A stretch of DNA of 64,000 nucleotides. It comes from the human T2T-CHM13v2.0 reference genome, Homo sapiens. The stretch lies in assembly GCF_009914755.1 (NCBI RefSeq), contig NC_060942.1, one strand, 5' to 3'. Of the stretch, positions 29,333 to 43,372 are shown piece after piece. Each line of letters opens with the position of its first letter. Position 1 is the first letter of the stretch. The notes beneath the pieces are model-generated. The model did no database searches, was not told where the DNA came from, and saw nothing but the letters and a program-made list of their open reading frames with translations. The translations under genes were made by a program, and so were the position numbers.

Positions 29333-30552
29333 AGTGGACCCTTATCTAACATCATACACAAAAATTAACTCAAATGGATTAAAGACCTAAATGTAAGAGC
29401 AAAAACTGCAAACCTCTTAGAAGAAAGCATAAGGGTACATTTTTATGGCTGTGGATTTCGCCAGGAATTTTTAGATATGACACTAAAAGCATGAGCCACA
29501 AAAGAAAGCATTATATAAATTAGATTTTATCAACATTTAAAACTTTTGTGCTTTAAAGCATATATTATCGGAATGTAAAATTACAACCCACAAAGTGTGA
29601 GAAAGTAATTGCAAATTATATATCTGATAAAATACTTACATCAAGAATATACAGAGAAATTGATATAACAATAATAAGAACACAAAAAGCCCACTTTGGA
29701 AAATGAGTAAAGGGTCTGAATAGACATTTCTCCAAAGAAGATATACAAATGGCCAATAACTACATGCAAAGAAGCTTGACATCATTAGCCATCAGGGAAA
29801 TATAAATCAAAGAACAATGAGATATCACTTCACACACACTAGGATGGCTAGAATAAAAAAGTCAGATAATAACAAGTGTACAAGAAGATGTGGAGGAACA
29901 GGAATCACCATCCATTGCTGTTAGGAATGTAAAATGACACAGCTGCTTTGATACACAGTCCGGTAGTTCCTCAAATTATGAAACATAGAGTTACATATTA
30001 TCCAACAATTTCATTCCTAGGTACATACCCAGGAGAAATGAAACATATGTCCACACAAAAACATATACACAAATGCTTACAGCAGCATTATTCATAATAG
30101 CCAAATGGTGGAAATAACCCAAATATTCTTCAGATAATAAATGGATTTTTAAAAGATGGTATATCCATACAATGGAGTGTTATTCAGTCATCCAAAGAAA
30201 TGAAGTACTGATACATGCTGCAACATGAATAAACCTTGAAAGCATTATGCTAAATGAAAGAAGCCAGTCACAAAATGCCTCATCTTATATTATTCCATTT
30301 ACAGTAAACACCCATAGTAGGAATAATCTAGAAGGACAAAACGTAGATTAGTGGTTGCTCAGGGCTGGTGGAGAGACATGGGGGATAGGAATTGACAGTA
30401 GCTAAAGGGAAAGGGTATTCCGTTTCATTTTGAGTCAATTCTAAAATTGAGTATTTGTAGATAACTGTGACTATATTAAAAATCACTGAATTGTATACTT
30501 TAAATGAGTAAAACGTATAATATATGAATTGTATCTCAATTAAGCTGTTTAA
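29333..30552 (+). mobile_element. L1MB-like 3' portion (ORF2 end and 3'UTR)
   Basis: gaagtggacccttatc...aaaattaactcaaatggattaaagacctaaatgta through gtatctcaattaagctgtt. Confidence 0.85.
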
Positions 30553-30925
30553 CAGATAAACTCAAAATAAAGAAAAATTTGTTTGACATTGTTAGATATT
30601 TCAATATGCCTCTTACAATTTTGTATTAAACTACAGTATTAAAAATTATATGTAACAATGTAGATGTAAGAAATAGTTATGAAATTTAATAGCCAACTAT
30701 TGGAGATTATTTTAGATGTACATGGGACATTGACAAAAATGGATTACCTACCAAGTGGTAAATTTCAGACTTTTCAAATAGTCATGCATACCACATTATT
30801 CTGATCTCATGCAATTAAGTTAGAAGTCAGATAAATAAAAAAAGTGTTAGACTTTAAAAACATACTTCTAAATGACCTGTCAGTTAAATAAGAATTTAAA
30901 AGGGAAACTAAAAGCATCTTGGAAT

Positions 30926-31012
30926 GACTGGGCATGGTGGCTCATGGCTGTAATTCCCGCACTTTGGGAGGCCTAGTGGGAGGATTGTTTTAGCCCAGGA
31001 GTTCAAGACCAG
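30926..31012 (+). mobile_element. Alu left-monomer/FLAM fragment
   Basis: gactgggcatggtggctcatggctgtaattcccgcactttgggagg...ggagttcaagaccag. Confidence 0.85.
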
Positions 31013-31326
31013 TATTAGAATGGAAAGATAATTAAAAGCATACATTTCTGAAATGCTGGAATGAAGTAGTAGTATTATGTAAAGAAATATTTGTATCCTT
31101 AATTGGAGTATGAGAAAAGAGTTTAAAAATTAATTGTATCCAATTTAAGAAGTTAGAGAAAGAACAAAGAAAACATAAAGTAGAAGGAAAACATAGTTAG
31201 TAGACATAAATGAATTAGAAGAATTATAAAAAGAATACAGTAGCCTATAAGATTTTAAAAGTGACTGCTACCAAATTTTAAAAGACAAAAACATTACGAA
31301 TTTATACAAACTTTTCCAGCTGTAGA

Positions 31327-31585
31327 AATTACAGCTAGCTAAAGGACTAGATTCTAGTGTTCTATACCACTGTAGAATGACTATAGTTAACCATAATATA
31401 TTATATACTTTCAAGTAGCTAGGAGGAGGATATTGAACATTCTGAACATAAAGAAATGATACATGTTTGAGATGATGGATATGCTAACTACCATGATCTG
31501 ATCAGTGTACATTATATGTATCAAAACATCACTATGTACCCCAAGAATATATACAATTATTTGTCAATTTAAAAAATAAATTTTT
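31327..31585 (+). mobile_element. L1MA5-like 3' end
   Basis: aattacagctag...ttctagtgttctataccactgtag...gagatgatggatatgctaactacc...aaaaaataaa. Confidence 0.8.
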
Positions 31586-32190
31586 TTAAACATACAAAAA
31601 AGAGAAAAAAAAACAGCATTCAACTCACTGTATGAAGCGAGTTTCACTAAAAGAATAACAAATTCCTTTAAAATAATAAAATAATAAATCCAGCTATATA
31701 TAAAGTGGATAATGATTATTTTTTTACCCAGGTTTGCAAGGGTGTAATAACTTAGAAATCATCATATGTTATACTCCATTTTTATTATTAAAAAAGAAAA
31801 GAAAAAGATATATGATCATATCATTCTAATTAACCGGAGAGATAAATAGAGTGAAAGGAATGTTTGAATGTTGGTGGGCAGAATATAGTGGAGAGGGAAA
31901 ACAAGATGAAGTGGGAAAAAGGGTAGAGAATTTCTGGAACATTGTCCTTAAAGAGCAAATGCAGTTTGAAATCTAACTGCAAGTGGAAGACTTTGCTTTA
32001 GGCGGATACCCATACTAAAAGTAAGAAAGAGGAGCTAGATCCAGCTGATGTAGTGGGAATGTGAACTGCTCTGCTGATTGCTTCGGTCTTCTTCATAAAG
32101 AAGTATGTGTGAAGGGTGGAGTGGAGGGTTATTTTTATTAGGAAGCTAAGGACATTTTATTTATGATTTTTTAAAACAGGAATCTAAGGG

Positions 32191-32335
32191 GGCCGGGTGC
32201 AGTGGCTCATGCCTATATTCCCAGTATTTTGGGAGGCCAAGGCCTCCCAAGGGAGTTTTAACAAGGCCTCCCAAGGGGGTTTTAAACCAGCCTTGGCAAC
32301 ACAGTGAGACCCCATCTCTACAAAAAATTTATATA
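32191..32335 (+). mobile_element. FLAM_C-like Alu monomer with an internal rearrangement
   Basis: ggccgggtgcagtggctcatgcct...ccagccttggcaacacagtgagaccccatctctacaaaaaa. Confidence 0.85.
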
Positions 32336-32656
32336 TATATGAAGCTAAGAGCATTTCAATAATATTTTAATAAAACAAGATTATTTTCAGACAGTCTGGA
32401 TATGAGTATTGGAAGACTGTCTTTAAAAAGGCTAGTTCCTGAGTATAAAATATGCTTAATTGGGTGGTTAAGCTTGTGTCTAAAACTCTCTTTGGCATCT
32501 CTCTTATGAAAAAAAAATTATATATATATATATTTTTAAAAGTTCATTGAAGTATGTGACTACATAGGAATTAAGAGCAAAGACTGATGTCAGACTTATT
32601 AGCATCTACAGTTTTGCAATCCACCAGTTAGGAATCCAATAACTTTAGTTCCCTCA

Positions 32657-32924
32657 TTTTATTTTTATTTATTTATTTTATTATTATTTTAAGACAGAGT
32701 TTCGCTCTGTTCCCCAGGCTGGAGTGCAGTGGCATGATCTTGGCCCACTGTAACCTCCACCTTCTGGGTTCAAGGAAGCATGTCCGCCTAATTTTTGTAT
32801 TTTTAGTAGAGACGGGGTTTCACCATGTTGGCCAGGCTGGTTTCGAACTCCTGACCTCAAGTGATCCGCCCGCCTCAGTCTCCCAAAGTGCTGGGATTAC
32901 AGGCGTGAGCCAGCACGTCCGGCC
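32657..32924 (-). mobile_element. AluSx-like with a ~50-bp internal deletion, inserted in a MIR
   Basis: The right arm jumps from gggttcaag to gcctaatttttg. Degenerate TSD tagttcYctSatttta. The MIR core follows at ~32940-32995. Confidence 0.9.
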
Positions 32925-34409
32925 TAGTTCTCTGATTTTAAAAGCACCTGCCTCACAGGGATGCTGAGGATATTCGAGAAAATACTTGTAAGCACCCAAT
33001 TAGTCGAAAGCCACACTGTGTTTCCAGGTATAAGTACTTGAACGTATATATCTAGGAGTTTACTGTAGACGTATTTCAGGGGAATAGAGGTCAGAGAAGT
33101 TGCTCCAGAAATTAAAGGAGCTGATGCTAAAGATTTCAGCCGGAATCCCTGAGCCAAATGGCTTCTCCACATTACCAGGAAGCTGCCGCAGTGCTTGAGA
33201 CTCTGGGATCTCACCAATTGTCTCGGTCTGCAGTGGCAAAGCAGGTGGGAAGCTGCTGTGGATCTCCTGTCTGCCCAGATGTCTTGGCTGCAGCTGCCTC
33301 TCAAGAATAATTTTTTCTTCGCTCTCATCTTCCAAATCTTTTGTGAGTTCCTTCATTTATGAACACTGAGCCAGACCATAGGGAAGAAGATTCTTGGAGC
33401 TGCAATTCGCAGTCTTAGGAGGGAGTGGTGCTGGCTCTAGCCTAAGAGCTTACTCAGCATCGTGCTTGAGACCAAAGAAATTGCTGAGTAAGTGGTAGTA
33501 CTCCTGCATGGCATAATTCACATGCTGTGTATGTTTCACAGCTTCATTGTATTCTCAATTTCAATTAGTGAAATTAAGGAAAAGTTATTGCAACACATGG
33601 TCATGTCAAGTTTAAGAGTCTAAGAGTCCATTCAACCTATTAACCTTTTTGATGTGTCAGAGAAAACCACCTGAGATCATGCTTACTGTATGGCAATCAA
33701 CTGCACAGGTTAATGATTTGATTCTTAAAGTATTGATTGTTGTCCTGTGTACAAGCATTGTATTATGTGACCAGAGGAATAATACAATTAATTTAAAACA
33801 CAGTCCTTGCGATCAGAAAGAGTGCAGACCTAACGGAGAACTAATGACTAAATGATAGTGACAATAATTCAACTGCTAATTTCCCTTAGTATTCCAGTAT
33901 AAATCTATCCCTTCTTATTTTGCTCTGGACTCTTCTTATTTTATTTGTATTTTTAGTTTAGGGACTGGAGTTAATTTTATAGTTCAGGGCATAAAATGCA
34001 GAATATGCTTAGATGAATTCAATATGTGAATATTGCCACCATTTTACCATGAGAACTAAAAGGTCCCATAAGCCTTCTACTTAAATAAAAATAACATTTT
34101 CTCCCCAAAACTACTTCTAATCATTATAAACACTCTCAGTTTCTTTTGCTGGAATATTGAGATTTGATAAACAAATACACACTCACTTGAATATGAATTT
34201 TCCAGGCTGAGTGTTTTTACTTTTGCAGGTATTTCTTCTTTTTGTCTGGAATGAATTTCCCTCCCTTGTTTGCCTGGCAAAATCAAGCTATAGAGGAAGA
34301 GAGTTCGTGGCTGAGAACTCTAACAAAGGATAGTTTAATGTTTTAATTTTTAATATTTATTTATTTATTTATTTATTTTACTAAGTCCAGCCTACACTCA
34401 ATGGCATCA

Positions 34410-34512
34410 TTTATACACCAAGTCTCAACAATACTCGATTTACTTATGGAGTAAACCTGCATATGTACCTGCTGAACCTAAAATAAAAGTAGAAAAAATA
34501 AGTAAATAAAAA
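34410..34512 (+). mobile_element. L1PB-like extreme 3' end
   Basis: aaacctgcatatgtacctgctgaacctaaaataaaagt. Confidence 0.7.
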
Positions 34513-35520
<1,008 letters not shown>

Positions 35521-35787
35521 CTACCCATCTCTCAGGACTTATGTTAAGCATTGTTTCTTGTAGAAAAACCTATCTCATCTCTCCCAGCTAGAATTAGATG
35601 CTTCCTTTATTATATTCTACTGCCAAAGCATATTGCTACCACATTGTGTTGTAATGATGCATATTTTCCGTGCTGTGTTATCACTGTGTATATCCACATC
35701 TTCACCACCGCATAATAATCTCCTTAATTTAGGGATGATGACTGGTTCACCTTGGTCTCTTCAGTGGTTCTTTAATTGCAGGTCCGC

Positions 35788-36232
35788 ACAGTTCCTGTTG
35801 CCAGTATAACAAATTATCCCAACTTCAGTGGCCTAAAGCAACTGAAATTTATACTCTTCCGGTTCTGGACATCGGAAGTTTGAAATGGATCTGACTGAGC
35901 TAAAAATCAGTGTCAGCAGGGCAGCATTCCTTCTGAGGGCTCCAGAGGAGAATCCCTTGTCTTGCTTTTTCCAGCTACTGGAGGCTATGTGCACTCCTTT
36001 GCTCATGGCTCCTTTCCCCATCTTCAAAGCCAGCAGTGTAGCTTCTTCGAATCTTTCTCTACTTCTTTTATTAATAAGGATCCTTGTGATTACATTAAGC
36101 CCAATATAATCTCTCCTCTCAATAGCCTTAATGATATCTGCTAAGACTGTTTGCCATGTAGGGTAACACATTTATAGGATCTCGAGATTAGGATGTGGAC
36201 GTCTTTGGCTGACGGCATTAGCCTCTTTAGCA
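35788..36232 (-). mobile_element. MLT1 (MLT1C/D-like) MaLR LTR
   Basis: taacaaattatcccaacttcagtggcctaaagcaac...ggatccttgtgattacatt...gattaggatgtggacgtctttgg. Confidence 0.85.
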
Positions 36233-37634
36233 CGTTATCCTAAAACAGCCTGTCCAAGGAATGAGGCATCCGCGAGGCTGAGCCCATGCGCTGTGCGTAG
36301 TCATTTCTTTGCGCTCTCCAGGCCTCTTTCCACTTTGCACGACTTTAGCAGCAAAGGGAATATAGAACTTTGTACTTTTCTGGTCGTCAATGCTCGGTTT
36401 TTTAGATATGTTTCTATGAGTGATTATTTCAGTGACGCTACCAATAGAAACAGCATATTTTGATGATTCTCCTAAGAAATAACAGTGTTGTAAAATTTGG
36501 ATTTTTATTTTGATGAAAGCACTGGGTTCCATATGAAAGTCCCGTTTTTTACACAGCCCCTCTCCTGTGGTGAAATGCTGAAATACTTTGTCAGATCTAG
36601 AAAAGAGAGTGAAGTACGGGTTAGTGTTTGAAGAGAAGAACAAAACGAGCCATTACTATCCATGAAACACTGAGATTTGCTGTTCTTTGTTCTTTAGATC
36701 TTAAAAGTAACAAACGAAAAGGAAAATGCAACAGTATTCTTTCCAAATTGTTTTAAATTCATATTTTATTACAAGACATCCATTGACTTTATATTGCTGC
36801 TATTAATATTAATGCTGTCACTTTTATCTGCAACTTTTTTTTTCTTCTTCTCATCCACTTTTTCCTCCTTTTTACTATTCTCTGTTCTCTTTTTGGTCTT
36901 GTTTGATTTAAAATATCCCTCCACAATGCTTCAGTATAATTCTCGTATCCTTATTAAAAAGTTTCATTTTGAGGTGCTTGTTATTTTTTATCTACGGTCT
37001 ATTTCAATCTCTTAAAGAACCCAGATCAAATATTCACTCATAGCTTTTATTAATAATAAATTTTAAATCCACATTTTATCACAAGACATCCATTGACTTT
37101 ATGTTGCTGCTATCAATATTAATGCTGTCACTTAAAGTCCAAATTGTCAGCATCAATGCCAAAGTAAATATCAATAAAAGGTATCCTTTATTTGCTTTCA
37201 AATCAGCAGAGAAATAGTGACAAGTTGGCATATGACAGAAAAGCATTTGCATGCAATAAGGATATGTAAGTCTCATTGGTGTCAGTTTAAAACCAAATCA
37301 AATTTTAGCAGAAATTTTTATTTAAAGCCCCTGAGTTTATAATTAATTGGCAATTGCAAGCAAGCCTTGAGGTCCACAGAAGGAAACCAAGGTATGATTT
37401 TTTAAAAAAGTAAACACTTACAAAAGGAAAAACAAGTAATGCATATGACAGTTCTACTGTTGTCTACTGTTGTCAACAACCCTGGGAAATCGTCTGTTTC
37501 ACCTTTGTAACACTGACTTCCCATCTGCAGCATTGTAGTGAAAATGACCAGGTAATTTAGGGCACAAAAATAAATATCAACCACTCACAAATCCCAATGC
37601 ATGATGTAAATGTATTCCAAGTCACTGATTTTGG

Positions 37635-37830
37635 TTGCCAGTAAAGTCAGGGACAGGATAAAAATGCCCACTATTATAATATGGACATGATATTGGAGGA
37701 ATTAGCCAATGAAATTAAATGAGAGCAAATAAGGACATAAGAATTAGAGAAGAAGAGGTAAATGTACTTCTATTTGAAAATGATACGATTCTCTATCACA
37801 GAAACTCAAGAAAACCCATGAATTATCTAC
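37635..37830 (+). mobile_element. Ancient L1M RT-domain fragment
   Basis: Degenerate GCPLS...LEVLA...LFADDMI equivalents (aaatgcccacta...ttggaggaattagcc...ctatttgaaaatgatacgatt). Confidence 0.55.
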
Positions 37831-39774
37831 TACAATCCATAATTAAGCACTGACCTATGTTCTAAAATCATATCATTTTATCCCAGATCCCCCAAAATTA
37901 ACAAAAAATTACCATTTCCAAATTGTTTTGTAGCAGGCGAATTGAATTTGACATAATACATCATATTTTGCTGATGATCCTCATTGCTTATATTCTTATA
38001 GTTTGCTGTGGCATGCAAACTTTGAACATCAAAATAATACCAATACAGAAAGTGCTGTTTCATATATATATGAAAGTTAAGATTTTGAGGCTTTTGAAAA
38101 TTCAATGATCCTAAAGTTAGTTTTAGAACAGATATAAAATTGTTTGGATTTATGTACAAGTGTATAGAGTTTTATGTAAGGTAAGTAGAAGGAAAATACT
38201 TTTTTCTTCAGATTGATGCTTAGACCAAGAAATTCTTAAGATGTATGATATCTGTAGCTTCATGTGCACTAGTTGAAAGAGCCTTGTTACCTTGTCAACT
38301 TCTTGTCCTAAATTCACGCTAACAGTATGAACTTTGAATTTTGCTCAGATGTCTGTACAAGAAAAAAGGCATGTATGGTATTCAACATAATTTTTTCCTG
38401 CTGTTTATATAAATCCGAAACAAGAGTAGAGATATCATAAGATAATATTATGAGAATTAGGTAGAACTTGATGAATTATTTTGAGTTACTTCTAATAAAT
38501 TATTTGTAAAATCTTAAACTCATTCTAAAATACACAAACATTAAGGTCATCTGTTTATAGTAGACAGATAATCAGGAAAATTCAAATGCAAATAATCATC
38601 TCTTTATTAACTATCTATTAAATACAACATTCTATTTTAGCTATTTTCTGCAGTTACTTGATTTAGCTAAAGGCACAAGAAACTTTATGTCAATGCATCT
38701 ATTTAGCTACATATACTACTGATATTTTACTATCAGTTATTTTCCTTGTTCAGTTTATTTATAGTTACATGTGATTTCAAGTTATTATACAATCTAAATG
38801 AATCAGACGAGAAACTGAAACATCAAGTCATGAATTATTTCTGTATTTAATTCTACCCTGGTCTGAATATATAAAGCTTTTCATAAAGATTAATTTAACC
38901 ATAATTTCACAACTCGTGTCCTTTTCAGTCTCTATCTGACTTTAATATCATTCAAGATAATTTTATTTGTATATGTTTTATTAATATGCCATAGCATAAA
39001 TTGACATTTTAAAATTTTGTTAGAGCATTAACTGTTAAAGTACATATTTTCTTCACCTTATCATACGTTAATTAAAACATATTGGTGCCTATATTTAACA
39101 TTTTGTCTCTTCTATCGTTTTTAATCTTAGAGATCACTGCATCAATTTAACTGCACACATAAAATACTGTAGTAACAACCCAGAAATACGTTTCTTCTTC
39201 ATTTCCTACTTTTTCATAATTCCCTCAATTTCTTACTTAGAAACTTTTTGGAAACTGCCATGTAGTTTGACATCAAAAATATGTAAAGTTTAATTTGCTC
39301 AATTGCTGAAACTTAATTACAACATATCAGTTATTTAGAATGTTTGGCATTTCCTGTAAATTCTTCTAATTAGGAAACCTTTAGAGATTCCAATGAAGAG
39401 AGACAAAACCACCAAAATGTGTTGGCAGAGATAGATATTTTCCTCTTATTGAATGAGCTCAAAACATGATAAACATTTGAAAAAACTTACAAATTACAAT
39501 TACAGTAAAAATGCCATGTGATGTGACCTCAAATGCTTTCTGGGTTTGTTGTGCTTACTGTATTGTTATATTCTTGTGGAGGAGGAGTATGTGTTTGCAC
39601 TGATTTAAGAAAATCTGATTAAAGGAGGGAAACTCATTAAGAGTGTATTACGAGAGAGGATACATAAATTATTAGACTGGAAATTCAGAGTTTGCATTGG
39701 AGAGGGAAATATGTCATAGATTTCAAAGTTATGTAACTTAATCACATTTTATATGCTAAATTTTTAATCAAGAG

Positions 39775-40800
<1,026 letters not shown>

Positions 40801-41958
40801 AATAACTTTAAGAATGTGAGCTTATAATCTGAGCAGCAGGAACTAAAATCCAAAATCCAGTTAGAATGCCTAGACGTTTGTCAAAAATAACAGAACTTCT
40901 TTTTTTTTTTTAAGGCCTAGACAGAAGGATGTGGCGCAGATGCAAGAAAGCCCCTAGTGACCAAACCAATCACTTGCCTGAACCAGTAGATCTCTGCTTG
41001 AGCCAGAGGGTTTCCCTGGGCTTCCTGCCAATCTCAGGAACCAGCCCCATTGTGGGCAACCATGTCTGACCATCTGAATCAAGTGGAGAATGAAGCTCTA
41101 TAGTTTTACCATGGTATATTTGATTTCTTGACTGCTTTTTTTTTTCTTTTTTACAAAGTCGTCTTGCTTTATAAGCAAACTAACAGATGGCTGAATCTGG
41201 ATATAACTGCGGAGACCATTTTCAGCATTTCTATTGTTGGCTAAAGCATACTTTATTAGTGATGTTACCAAGTTATTCATTTATTTATACCCATCTGCAA
41301 ACACTAGTATACAGTAGGTATTGAAAGAGTGATATTTATTTCATGAAAGGAAGGTTTCACTAGGGATTCGGTTAACACATGGTTTTTCCTTTTAAGTATG
41401 CTAGTCTCAACACACTAGTGGCCAGGTGACACATATTGATAGACTATAGAGGTATAGAGGGTACATATTCTGACAGTTTTATACTGGTTATTAAGTATTT
41501 TTAATGTGCACCAAAAGAGGGAGTATAAAATGTTTGCTTCAGTGTGTAATATGACTGTGTGACGCCAAGAACAAAACAAAAATACAGATTGACTAACAGA
41601 CCCATTTTAGCCTACGTGACATAAAACATATGTAGACATCCTCATGGACAATAACCCCATCATCACAAAACGCTGCCAAATTCCTAAGTACTCATAACAG
41701 CTATGCCACTTATTTTCATATTTGGAAAGAAAATTATCTAACACATCTCGCACTACGGAAAAAAGGCACACGTTTCTTCATGGATAAGACACAAATATTG
41801 GCCTAATTGGCTAAACTCAGAAATTCACACTGTCTCCCGTTTTGACAGTATTTCTGAATCATAGCCTATACGGAAGAATAAGAGGGTAAACGTGAAGAAC
41901 TTGTGCATGTGGATAAGGCACTTTTCTAACAAATAACTAGGTCTTAACTACAAACCCA

Positions 41959-42358
41959 TGTTAAAAGGAAAACTCAGCTGAATCAAATTTAAAAGAGTTT
42001 AATTGAGCAAAGAACAACTCACGAATGGGGCAGCCTCCTGAGCCAGAGTAGGCTCAGAGATTCCAGCACAGCCATGAGATGGAAGATGATTTATGAACAG
42101 AAAAAGGAGAGTGAAGTGCAGAAAATGGAAGTGAGGTACAGAAACAGCCAGATGGGTTATTGCTCAATGTTTGTCTTATTTGAACACAGTTTGAACAGTT
42201 GACCACATTTGATTGGACAAAACTCGGTAATTGGCACAAGAGTAAGTTACAGTCTGTTTAGAATTCCACATAGGTTATAGTTCATGATGTACAGAGAAAC
42301 CTTTAGGCTGAACTTAAAATTCGTAAGGAGGTAGATTCAGTCTAAACTTGATTTAATA
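41959..42358 (-). mobile_element. 3' LTR of the MER57-type provirus
   Basis: tgttaa...ttaata termini, abutted by the PPT (reverse complement aaaagggggaaat) at 42359-42371. Confidence 0.88.
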
Positions 42359-43171
42359 ATTTCCCCCTTTTGGTCACTCTCTCAAAATTAAGAGAATGAT
42401 CAAAACTTTAGTCATTGATGTTAGTTTCACCATTGTAAATGTATTTATTTGGTCTTGAAACCCTCTGGGAAACAGTAGAACAGTGGCTTTTGTAAGGCGG
42501 GAAGAAGGACTTCAGGTTATTTTTTTAAGGGTTAGAGTAGAGGGTATCTCCTTATGTTAGAACGTCCTGTTTATGAGAGAAAAGACAAAACCTGGTGTGT
42601 TCTAGGATCTATGTGTTTCCTTAAAATCTTAGTTTGATTATTTCACATTTAGCACAAGTGACTCTATTTTTGTTTGGTCGGGTCTCTTGAGGCCTAGTGC
42701 ATGAGGTCAGTTCAAAACAATGGCTTCCCATAATTTTGTTTAAAAGTTTCCCCTCTTTTGATCAGGTTCTCACTTAGGTGAAAGTTTGGCCAAATCTTAG
42801 GGCCATCGTGCCACTCTCTGTTATCATTTTGGGTTTCTGGTCTCTGCACGTCATTCATAGGTTACGGTGCCCTCATGGTCAGAAATTTCTTTCAGCTCTT
42901 GTAATTTCAGTTGAAGAGAGACTATTTGACATTCTAGAGATGGCTGCATGCAAACATTTAAAACTTGAGAGAATATTATTCACCAGGGAGACTACTATTA
43001 TAACTATCAGGAGGATAATACCAAGAGTTTGGAGTACGGTCCTTACCCAGTGTCCCCATAACCCAAATCACCTAAAATCAAACAGATCAAAGAATGAGCT
43101 AGATAAAGAGTCTACTCACTTTAACTAAGCAGTCTCTTTGTTAATCCTGTACAACTGAATCTCTATAATAC

Positions 43172-43372
43172 CTAATGTAGTGTATTTCTCCATGGGCAAC
43201 AACAAGTGGCAACAGCTGCACAGATACTTTTCTGTTTAGCCAGTAAGAAATCTAGAATGATTCTAATATTGAGTATTACTTTCACAAGAGAATTTAAAGT
43301 AGTTAGTGTAACCATATCCTTTACAATAGATTCTGCTACAGAGTCTATCATCAGGGATGCATTGCTAATCAT
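43172..43372 (-). pseudogene. ERV env transmembrane-subunit remnant (immunosuppressive domain and CX6CC)
   Basis: LNSLVKVILNIRIILDFLLAKQKSICAAVATCCC matches gammaretroviral LQNRxxLDxLxxxxGGxC-X6-CC. Confidence 0.85.

Larger units (their letters stand above)
28700..31830 (+). mobile_element. Ancient L1M ORF2 remnant hosting nested L1PA8, L1MB, Alu-monomer and L1MA insertions
   Basis: EN-start motif cacaataaatgtaaatgcattaaat and later degenerate ORF2 motifs (acattgacaaaaatggattacc, tttatacaaacttttccag, ccaggtttgcaaggg). Confidence 0.6.

Noticed and set aside
33060-33356. Protein-looking minus-strand ORF (MKELTKDLEDESEEKIILERQLQ…) overlapping a 134-aa ORF
   Set aside because: No recognisable domain or splice context. 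The region looks like an old ERVL-type LTR remnant, so the ORF is probably chance.
38821-38940. Minus-strand FIYSDQG(R)-ELNTEIIHDL resembling a Gypsy/Ginger integrase core
   Set aside because: It needs a frameshift and lacks the downstream YHPQxxGxxER motif. A single short motif is not enough without a profile search.
40895-41110. Polypyrimidine-AG acceptor (…tttttaag|gcctag) as a possible exon; similar at ~63895-63916
   Set aside because: No convincing paired donor or reading frame. Such tracts are common in AT-rich DNA.
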